Shown: positions 1-6,835 of the stretch, piece after piece
Position numbering within the stretch: the first letter of the stretch is position 1
How the letters are laid out: every line of letters starts with the position of its first letter
Assembly (NCBI GenBank): GCA_050486505.1
Contig: JBJHDK010000050.1
Coordinates: forward strand, 1-17,814
From: Fibrobacteria bacterium
GTDB lineage: Bacteria; Fibrobacterota; Fibrobacteria; UBA11236
DNA length: 17,814 nt
Direction: 5' to 3'
Translations under genes and position numbers: made by a program
The notes under the pieces: generated by a model
Seen by the model: only the letters and a program-made list of their open reading frames with translations
The model's database searches: none
Told to the model about the DNA's origin: nothing

Positions 1-82
1 CCCCGGACGTTCGGGCCTGAGGTCTAACTCCTGCCAAGGGTCCAGAACGGGAAACAGAGGTCACTGGCGGTGCAAGAAAAAG

Positions 83-111
83 GAAAGGACGGCCCGCAGG
101 GTCGTCCTTTC
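83..111. terminator. Probable bidirectional intrinsic terminator
   Basis: GAAAGGACGGCCC-gca-GGGTCGTCCTTTC stem-loop, with an A-run to the left (U-tract on the - strand) and TTTCTT on the right. Lies downstream of the - strand gene 220-429. Confidence 0.7.
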
Positions 112-127
112 TTCGTTGGCACGCAGT

Positions 128-155
128 GAGTTATGAGTCGTGAGTGATGAGTGAG
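128..155. repeat. Heptamer tandem array (GAGTNNT family)
   Basis: gagttat-gagtcgt-gagtgat-gagtgag; the 25-mer at 128-152 is identical to 3061-3085 and to the reverse complement of 3276-3300. Confidence 0.9.
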
Positions 156-219
156 GGGGACACATCGGCTACCATGTACCGGGTACCGGGTCGCGCCGCT
201 CTCACTTCGGGGGGTTCGG

Positions 220-429
220 TTAAAACTCTTCCGTCTCGAACAGCGCGTCGTCGTTGTGCATGAACGACCCGTCGAGCGACGTGCGGCGGTGCTCGTCGCC
301 GAGCTCCAGCTCCGACTCGAACTCCGCCTCGGGCAAATCCTCATCCCGGGCATCCAGGGCCTGCTCTTTCAAGGTCTCCTCGTGGAACTCCTCGAGGATG
401 TCTTTCTTCATCTTGCGTGGGCGACCCAT
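220..429 (-). CDS. Small acidic hypothetical protein (69 aa) with a basic N-terminal GRPRK motif
   Basis: AGGAGG RBS 6 nt before the ATG, GC-rich third codon positions, terminator downstream; 23 of 69 residues are D/E. Confidence 0.8.
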   Translation of the reverse strand: MGRPRKMKKDILEEFHEETLKEQALDARDEDLPEAEFESELELGDEHRRTSLDGSFMHNDDALFETEEF

Positions 430-531
430 GTTGAACCTCCTGGAAGCAATTTCAGCCCGGTTTTGCGGGGCTCCGCATTTCGGGCAAAGGGTGACAAAGA
501 TAGTTTGTTTCGACGAGAATCGCGAAGAAAT

Positions 532-573
532 GAGAAGCGAGTAGCGGGGAGGGGCAGGAGACGGGGGACGGCA
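532..573. repeat. Degenerate purine-rich heptamer array
   Basis: gagaagc-gagtagc-ggggagg-ggcagga-gacgggg-gacggca; drifting 7-nt periodicity. Confidence 0.5.
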
Positions 574-596
574 GTCTGAGTCGGTAGTGTGAACCC

Positions 597-639
597 GTCA
601 TCCCCGCGCAGGCGGGGATCCAGTCAGGAGGCGAATGAC
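597..639. repeat. Short palindromic element of the GTCATTCCCGCG..GCGGGAATCCAG type (dRS3-like core), internally shortened
   Basis: GTCATCCCCGCGCAGGCGGGGATCCAG...GAATGAC with GTCAT/ATGAC ends; the - strand translates as the typical WIPACAGMT artefact peptide. Confidence 0.7.
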
Positions 640-753
640 AACAAAGGGGTTTGCTGAAAGTCGCAGGGAAACCTCGTTTACCGCGATTGGAATCTTCTAC
701 CGGATCCTCCAAAATGGAGTACATTGAGGCTCCTTCAGACTCCGGAAACTACA

Positions 754-1107
754 ATGCCAGCCACCAAGACGCGCCCTATTAACATCCGTTTCAAACCCGG
801 TACCCCCGCGCGGGTGCTGCGCGACGTGCGTGCGCAATACGGGATCTGGCTGGTAGAGACCGATCCGCTTGAAGAGTACAGCGAAACGGAACTTTCCAAG
901 CAAATGGAAACCTCCATGACCCCCGGGATCTGGCTCGAGACTCTGCGCGAGACACATGGATGGACCCAGGCCCGGCTTGCTGCCGAGCTCGGTGGAGTCA
1001 GCCCCAAGCGCGTTTCTGATTGGGAAAACGGCCGCCGTGCCGTCAGCAAGGACATCTCCAAAAAACTCGCCCACCTCTTCCGCGTCCCGGCGGACAGGTT
1101 TATTTGA
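754..1107 (+). CDS. XRE/Cro-C1 helix-turn-helix protein, HigA-like antitoxin/regulator (117 aa)
   Basis: C-terminal HTH_3 signature TPGIWLETLRETHGWTQARLAAELGGVSPKRVSDWENGRRAVS. ATG 754 is preferred over TTG 724, but the start is uncertain. Confidence 0.85.
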   Translation: MPATKTRPINIRFKPGTPARVLRDVRAQYGIWLVETDPLEEYSETELSKQMETSMTPGIWLETLRETHGWTQARLAAELGGVSPKRVSDWENGRRAVSKDISKKLAHLFRVPADRFI

Positions 1108-1122
1108 GCTGACAGGGATAGC

Positions 1123-1222
1123 ACAGCAATAGAACAATGCAACAATGATTTCCCGCGTTTTTCGTGGAGCGTGCTCTATTGTTCCATTGCCGCATTGTTC
1201 TATTGCTGTATTGCCCACTGTT
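1123..1222. repeat. Inverted pair of octamer tandem arrays
   Basis: cagcaata-gaacaatg-caacaatg ... tattgttc-cattgccg-cattgttc-tattgctg-tattgccc; perfect 18-bp inverted repeat at 1123-1140 and 1192-1209. Confidence 0.85.
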
Positions 1223-1296
1223 CACTCCCTCGTCCTCTCATCTTTCTAAATTCCCCCGATTGCCCTGTTTCCATTCGTTTCCCCAAAGGAATCGCC

Positions 1297-3054
1297 TTGT
1301 CCGAATTGCCCACAGAGAACCCGTCCGTATCGCCGACCGCACCGAATCCCGAGGCCGCGGCGTCTCCGACTCCCGCCGTCCCGCAGCCCCTCATCGTCCA
1401 GGGCGACATGACCGTGCTTCTCGAAGTGGCCCATCCGCAGCACGACGAAGCCCGCGACGCCATCGCGCCTTTTACCGAGTTGGTCAAAAGCCCCGAGCAC
1501 GTGCACACCTACGGCATCAGCCACCTCTCGCTCTGGAACGCCGCCTCGGCCGGGCACACTTCTGCCGAAGTACTCGATCTCTTGCGCCAATACTCGCGCT
1601 ACGCGTTGCCCGCCAACGTCGTCTTCGAAGTCGAAAGCTTCATGGACCGCTACGGCATGGTGCGCCTCAAGCGCGAAGGCCCCGACCTTGTGCTCGAAGC
1701 CGACGATGCCGCGCTGCTCGAAGAGATCTGTCGCCACCGCGAGGTGCAGGGCCATGTCGCCGAGCCGCCGATGAACGGACGCGCGTTGCTCAAGCCGCAC
1801 GCGCGCGGGCCCGTCAAGGTCGCCCTCACGCAAATCGGGTTCCCCGCCGAGGATCTCGCCGGCTATGCCGAGGGCAATCCGCTCGCGGTGGAATTGCGCA
1901 CCACCACGGTCGAAGGCAAGCCGCTCAAGTTGCGCGATTACCAGGTGGGGGCGTCGCAGGTGTTTCATGCGGGAGGAAGCGAGAAGGGGGGATCCGGTGT
2001 GGTCGTGCTCCCTTGCGGGGCCGGAAAGACGGTCGTCGGCCTTGCGACCATGACGCGCTGCAAGTGCCACACGCTGGTGCTCACCACCAACGTCACCTCC
2101 GCCCGGCAATGGATCCGGGAGATCCTCGACAAGACCACGCTCACGGCGGATCAGGTCAAGGAGTACACCGGGGACAGCAAGACCATCGCGCCCGTCACCG
2201 TGGCGACCTACCAGATCCTGACCTACAGGAAGCGTAAAACCGAGGAGTACCCCCACTTCGGCATCTTCTCCCAAAACAACTGGGGATTGATCCTCTATGA
2301 CGAGGTGCACCTGTTGCCCGCGCCGGTGTTCCGCATCTCCGCCGACATGCAGGCCACGCGTCGCCTCGGCCTCACGGCCACGCTGGTGCGCGAAGACGGG
2401 AAGCAAAAGGAAGTGTTTTCCCTGATCGGACCGAAGCGTTACGAGGTGCCGTGGAAGATCCTCGAGGCGCAGGGGTGGATCGCCACCGCGGTATGCACCG
2501 AAATCCGCGTGCCGTTGCGCACGAGCGAGCGCATGACCTACGCGCTGGCCGACCTGCGCGAGAAGACCATGCTGGCGTCGACGAACCCGGAGAAGTACGC
2601 GGTGGTGAAGGAGCTTCTCACGCGGCACAAGGAGGACCGGGTGCTCATCATCGGGCAATACCTGAACCAGCTCGAGCAGATGCGCGGCATTCTCGACGTG
2701 CCGTTGATCACGGGCTCGACTCCCAACTCCGAGCGCGAGCGGCTGTATCAGGCCTTCCGCGAGGGGGAGATCCAGACCTTGATCGTGTCGAAGGTGGGCA
2801 ACTTCGCGGTCGACATTCCCGACGCGAACGTGCTGATCCAGATCTCGGGGACCTTCGGCAGCCGCCAGGAGGAGGCCCAGCGCCTCGGCCGCGTGCTGCG
2901 GCCCAAGGCCAACGGCGCGGTGGCGCACTTTTACACCCTCATCACGCGCGACACGAAGGAGCAGGAGTTCGGCATGAACCGGCAGTTGTTCCTGATCGAG
3001 CAGGGGTATTCGTATGACGTGCGGGAGTGGAAGGACTTCGTGGTCAATGGGTAG
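1297..3054 (+). CDS. XPB/Ssl2/Rad25-family SF2 DNA helicase
   Basis: N-terminal PLIVQGDMTVLLEV typical of bacterial XPB, Q-motif LRDYQ, Walker A LPCGAGKT, DEVH, GLTAT, and motif VI QRLGRVLR. The TTG start at 1297 has an AAAGGA RBS. Confidence 0.92.
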   Translation: MSELPTENPSVSPTAPNPEAAASPTPAVPQPLIVQGDMTVLLEVAHPQHDEARDAIAPFTELVKSPEHVHTYGISHLSLWNAASAGHTSAEVLDLLRQYSRYALPANVVFEVESFMDRYGMVRLKREGPDLVLEADDAALLEEICRHREVQGHVAEPPMNGRALLKPHARGPVKVALTQIGFPAEDLAGYAEGNPLAVELRTTTVEGKPLKLRDYQVGASQVFHAGGSEKGGSGVVVLPCGAGKTVVGLATMTRCKCHTLVLTTNVTSARQWIREILDKTTLTADQVKEYTGDSKTIAPVTVATYQILTYRKRKTEEYPHFGIFSQNNWGLILYDEVHLLPAPVFRISADMQATRRLGLTATLVREDGKQKEVFSLIGPKRYEVPWKILEAQGWIATAVCTEIRVPLRTSERMTYALADLREKTMLASTNPEKYAVVKELLTRHKEDRVLIIGQYLNQLEQMRGILDVPLITGSTPNSERERLYQAFREGEIQTLIVSKVGNFAVDIPDANVLIQISGTFGSRQEEAQRLGRVLRPKANGAVAHFYTLITRDTKEQEFGMNRQLFLIEQGYSYDVREWKDFVVNG

Positions 3055-3060
3055 GACAGG

Positions 3061-3098
3061 GAGTTATGAGTCGTGAGTGATGAGTTATGAGTGATGAA
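3061..3098. repeat. Heptamer array, left arm of an inverted pair
   Basis: gagttat-gagtcgt-gagtgat-gagttat-gagtgat, starting 6 nt after the helicase stop codon. Confidence 0.9.
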
Positions 3099-4814
3099 GG
3101 GGGGAGCGTGAAGTTGACGGGAATGCGAGTGAATGTAAGGCCGGAAACAATGAGAGCGCCTCGGTGGAACCTCTTGGGAAGATTCCTGTGCAGCGTTGTC
3201 CGGCGTTGTGTTTCAGCATCATCACGCATCCTTTCCACAAAACTCGGGGCGAGCTTTCTGCATGCGTTCTTCCGCACTCATCACTCACGACTCATAACTC
3301 ATAACTTCCTCCCCCTCGCTCTCTGCGCTTTGCTTTTCAATGACGCACGGGCGGAAATCCACGCAGTGCATCGAGTCCTCCCCAACGGCCTCACCGTCCT
3401 CCTGTACCCGAACACCCAGTCGCCCACGGTGGCGGCGCGGCTGTTCTATGTCACCGGGTCGGTGCACGAGGGGCCGGGAACGTCGGGCATCGCGCACTTG
3501 CTGGAGCACATGCTCTTCAAGGGCACGCACAAGGTGGGCATCCGCGATTCGGCGGCCGACCGCCGCATCGGGGCAGTGAAGTCGGCGGTGATGGACAGCC
3601 TCGACGCATTGCTTGCGCGGGAGGCGCGCCCGGGCTTCGCGGGGCACGATTCCGCGACGCGCGCGCGCATCGACCACTTGCGTGCGCGGCACGATTCGCT
3701 GCTCGCGGAGCGCCGTGCGCTGATGATCCCCGACGAGCTGTGGGCCACCTACCAGCGCGAGGGCGGCACGGGGCTGAACGCCTTCACGTCGAGCATGGTG
3801 ACGGCCTACATCGTGACCCTGCCGCGCAACCGCCTCGAACTGTTCCTCTGGCTCGAGGCGGATCGCATGCATCACGGCGTGCTGCGCGAGTTCTACCCCG
3901 AGCGCGACGTGGTGATGGAGGAGCGCCGCATGCGCGTGGAGGACCGGCCCACGGGGCGGTACTGGGAGAGCCTGTTCGGGTTGTTCCACGAGGCGCATCC
4001 CTTCCGCCTGCCCACCATCGGCTATGCCTCCGACCTGCGCCACCTCACGCGCGCGCAGGCGGAGGAGCATTACCGCCGCTACTACAAGCCCAACAACGCC
4101 ATCCTCGTGCTGGCGGGCGATCTCGACACGACAGAGACGCTACGGCAGGTGGAGCGTTACTTCGGGCCGATTCCGCGCGGCGACGAGTTTCCGCCGGTGG
4201 TGACGCGCGAGCCGCCGCCGGCGGGTGAGAAGCGGCTCACGGTGCGCCGCGGCGATGCCACGCCCCGCATGGATTTGCTGTTCCAGGCGCCCGCTTATCC
4301 GCATGACGATTTGCCCGCCTTGGAGATCGCGGCGGCGGTGTTGTCGGGGCGAAGCGGCCGCCTGCACCGCGCGTTGGTGACGGAGAGCGGCCTTGCGACG
4401 TCGGCGGGCGCGGGCAACGGTCCCGAAGCCTATGCTTCGTATTTCCACGTGGGCGTGGGCCTCGACGGCGTGCCCGATGTCACTGCCGTGGAGGCCGAGA
4501 CGTGGGAGGTGCTCGAGGGCCTGGCGAATAACCCCCCGACGGAACGCGAACTGCAGCGGGCGCGCAACCAGGTGGCGGCGTCGCGCGTGCGTGCGCTCGA
4601 GAACATGGAGCGCCTGGCGACGGAGCTGGCGTATTGGGAGATGCGGGGGGGCTGGGACGAGATCAATCGTTTCCCCCGGGTTGTCTCCGAGGTGACTGCG
4701 GAACAGGTCGCGGCGGTGGCGGCGAAGTACTTCGATCGCGATGCGGTGACCGTGGGGCGGATCCTTCCGCCGCGCGAGTCTTCCTCTCCGGACCAACAAG
4801 GAGGCCGGAAGTGA
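3087..4814 (+). CDS. M16B (pitrilysin/insulinase family) zinc peptidase, catalytic subunit; start uncertain
   Basis: LPNGLTV, GSVHE..GTSGIAHLLEHMLFKG (HxxEH), NAFT, ERDVVMEERR, YYKPNNAILVLAGD. A signal-like FLPLALCALLFNDARA precedes the mature domain. In-frame ATGs at 3087, 3123 and 3150. Confidence 0.9.
   Translation: MSDEGGSVKLTGMRVNVRPETMRAPRWNLLGRFLCSVVRRCVSASSRILSTKLGASFLHAFFRTHHSRLITHNFLPLALCALLFNDARAEIHAVHRVLPNGLTVLLYPNTQSPTVAARLFYVTGSVHEGPGTSGIAHLLEHMLFKGTHKVGIRDSAADRRIGAVKSAVMDSLDALLAREARPGFAGHDSATRARIDHLRARHDSLLAERRALMIPDELWATYQREGGTGLNAFTSSMVTAYIVTLPRNRLELFLWLEADRMHHGVLREFYPERDVVMEERRMRVEDRPTGRYWESLFGLFHEAHPFRLPTIGYASDLRHLTRAQAEEHYRRYYKPNNAILVLAGDLDTTETLRQVERYFGPIPRGDEFPPVVTREPPPAGEKRLTVRRGDATPRMDLLFQAPAYPHDDLPALEIAAAVLSGRSGRLHRALVTESGLATSAGAGNGPEAYASYFHVGVGLDGVPDVTAVEAETWEVLEGLANNPPTERELQRARNQVAASRVRALENMERLATELAYWEMRGGWDEINRFPRVVSEVTAEQVAAVAAKYFDRDAVTVGRILPPRESSSPDQQGGRK
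3276..3306. repeat. Heptamer array, right arm (inverted)
   Basis: actcatc-actcacg-actcata-actcata; 3276-3300 is the exact reverse complement of 3061-3085. Confidence 0.9.
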
Positions 4815-6766
4815 GCGCGTGGATGTTTGTTCTCGCACAGGCACAGGCATTGGGTCTGTGGAAGAGGTCCGAAAAATTTGTTCGTGCTCCTCACGGCTGC
4901 GCTTCGGATGCGGGGGATGTAAAGAGGGTTGGTGCGGGCGCCGCGCTGGCCACCGAAAAGACTTGGCGGTACTCGCTCGGCACCCCAAAGGGGCCCCGCC
5001 TTGCTGCGTTCCGGCAAGTATTTTCGGCTTTGCCCGGCGCCGAAACGTCCGAGCCCGTCTCTGGATTCTTAAAGCCAATGTGTACCTGCGGAGATATCGG
5101 GCTGCGTGCGGTTTCGTGGGGCCGCGAACTGGTTGTTCGCACGGAGAGACGGCGAGCACCGGCCAGCCATTTTACGAAGCGGCCCGAAGGGCCTTCTTTG
5201 CAGCATCCGGAGCGAAGCCGTCTCGAGTACGAGCAACCAGTTCGGGGCCCCTTCCACGAAAACGAACAGGTTCTCCCTCGCAAAAACGCTTTTTTCCAAC
5301 AGGGAATCTTTGCCGGATTCGCCGCGCTGATGCTCGTCGTAACGGGCGGGATGGGGGTGCACGCGCAGTCCGGGGATACGATCCCCCCGCACTTCAGCCA
5401 GATCGCCTTCCCCGAGGACATCTACGTTCCCCCGCACCCGGCCGACCACCGCGTCGAACTCCCCGGCGGAGTCGTGGCCTACCTCGTGCCCGACAGCACC
5501 CTCGACCTCGTCCGCTTCACCCTCATCGCCACCGGACCTTTCATGCCCGCGCACCCCGGAGAGGCCGTGCAGCGCGCCCTCTATTCCGCGCTGCTCGTCG
5601 ACGGGGGCACGAAGAACCTCACCCCCGCGCAACTGGAAGACAGCCTCGAGTTCATGGCCGCCGGGCTCACCGCCTCGCGCGGCACGTGGCAGGGCGAGGC
5701 CTCCTTCGACGCCCTCTCCGCCGATGCCGACGCGCTCCTCGGCTTGCTGGCCGATGCCATCCTCGAACCGCGACTCGACTCCGCGGTCTTCGACCTCAAG
5801 CGCCGCCAACTCATCGAAGGCATCCGTCGCCGCCATGCCACACCCCAGGGTGTCATGGCCGCGCTTCACGAACACGTTTTGCACGGCCCGCATCCCTCCA
5901 ACTGGCGCGCCACCGAACAGGAAGCGCGCGACCTCGCGCCCGCGTCGCTCGCGGCGCTTGCGGGCCGGGGGTTCGCGCGCACCGGTGCGGTGGTTGCCGT
6001 GGCGGGTCGTTTCGACCGCGACGCGATGCGGGCGCGCCTCGAGGATTTCGCCGCGACCCTTCCCGAAGCGAGGACCGCATGGGATCCCCCCGTCCCGCCC
6101 TTCCGGGGACCGCTCGCCCCCGGCGTGTACCTCGTCGACAGGCCCTTCGCGCAAGCGACCATCCGCATGGCGGCTCCAGGCGTGCAGCGCCCGCATCCCG
6201 ACTACTACGCTCTCGTCGTCGCCTCCGAAGTCTTCGGAGGCGGGTTCACCTCGCGGTTGGGCCGCCGCGTGCGCAGCGATGAAGGGTTGGCCTACAGCGT
6301 GGGCAGCCGGGTCGAGAGCGACTACCACCGGCGCGGCACCGTGTTCGCGGGCCTGCAAACCAAGGCGGAAACCGGCGCCTTCGCCATCCATCTCGTTCGC
6401 GAAGAGATGCTGCGCATGGCCGATTCCGGGATCACCGGCGAGGAACTCGAACTCGCCCGGTCGAGCCTGCTCGAAAGCCTGCCTGCGATCTTCCCCAATC
6501 CCGCCGCCACCGCGCGCGCCTTCGCCCAGAGCGAAGCCTGGGGGCGCGACCTCGACCACTTCGTCAACTACCGCACCGCCCTTGAGGCCATGACCCGCGA
6601 ACAGGTCGAAGACGCCTTCCGGCGCTATTTCGTCGCCGACTCGCTGCGCATTCTCGTGACCGGTCCCAAGGACGTGTTGCTCCAGCGGGACCCCCGTGGC
6701 CATGCCTTGGAAGACTTCGGGACGATCACGGAACTCACGGAAGAGGATCTGGACGCGAGAGAGTAA
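4811..6766 (+). CDS. M16B peptidase, non-catalytic partner subunit, with a long low-complexity/palindrome-derived N-terminal insert
   Basis: GTG 4811 overlaps the upstream stop (GTGA) and has AGGAGG at 4799-4804. M16 features include LPGGVVAYL and GGGFTSRLGRRVRSDEGLAYSV (R/Y pair); no HxxEH. Alternative start at ATG 5330. Confidence 0.85.
   Translation: MSAWMFVLAQAQALGLWKRSEKFVRAPHGCASDAGDVKRVGAGAALATEKTWRYSLGTPKGPRLAAFRQVFSALPGAETSEPVSGFLKPMCTCGDIGLRAVSWGRELVVRTERRRAPASHFTKRPEGPSLQHPERSRLEYEQPVRGPFHENEQVLPRKNAFFQQGIFAGFAALMLVVTGGMGVHAQSGDTIPPHFSQIAFPEDIYVPPHPADHRVELPGGVVAYLVPDSTLDLVRFTLIATGPFMPAHPGEAVQRALYSALLVDGGTKNLTPAQLEDSLEFMAAGLTASRGTWQGEASFDALSADADALLGLLADAILEPRLDSAVFDLKRRQLIEGIRRRHATPQGVMAALHEHVLHGPHPSNWRATEQEARDLAPASLAALAGRGFARTGAVVAVAGRFDRDAMRARLEDFAATLPEARTAWDPPVPPFRGPLAPGVYLVDRPFAQATIRMAAPGVQRPHPDYYALVVASEVFGGGFTSRLGRRVRSDEGLAYSVGSRVESDYHRRGTVFAGLQTKAETGAFAIHLVREEMLRMADSGITGEELELARSSLLESLPAIFPNPAATARAFAQSEAWGRDLDHFVNYRTALEAMTREQVEDAFRRYFVADSLRILVTGPKDVLLQRDPRGHALEDFGTITELTEEDLDARE
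4858..5262. mobile_element. Putative MITE-like / palindromic element with imperfect about 55-bp terminal inverted repeats and internal long hairpins
   Basis: 4858-4911 matches the reverse complement of 5203-5257 at about 41/55 positions by manual alignment; internal hairpins at 4953-5027 and 5111-5262; no transposase. Confidence 0.55.
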
Positions 6767-6783
6767 ATCGATCACACAGAACT

Positions 6784-6808
6784 GTACGGGCGACGCGCTG
6801 CGTCGCCC
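6784..6808. repeat. REP-like palindrome
   Basis: GTAC-GGGCGACGC-gct-GCGTCGCCC; same family as 16952, 17742 and 17785. Confidence 0.75.
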
Positions 6809-6835
6809 TCCACGGCATCATCCACGGAGCATCAA

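Noticed and set aside
452..724. 90-aa minus-strand ORF containing WIPACAGMT
   Set aside because: Translation artefact of the palindromic element and heptamer array.
1164..2928. Long alternative ORFs (1164-2237 +, 1246-2928 -) over the helicase
   Set aside because: Shadow ORFs of a GC-rich gene; Arg/Ala-rich or antisense with no motifs.
3099..3275. Four-helix-bundle or toxin gene remnant inside the repeat-bounded spacers
   Set aside because: Manual translation of this spacer and of 8120-8249 showed no convincing motif.
4634..4810. ORF-track start 4634 for the second M16 gene
   Set aside because: Overlaps the upstream gene by 180 nt; GTG 4811 has the RBS and stop-start coupling.
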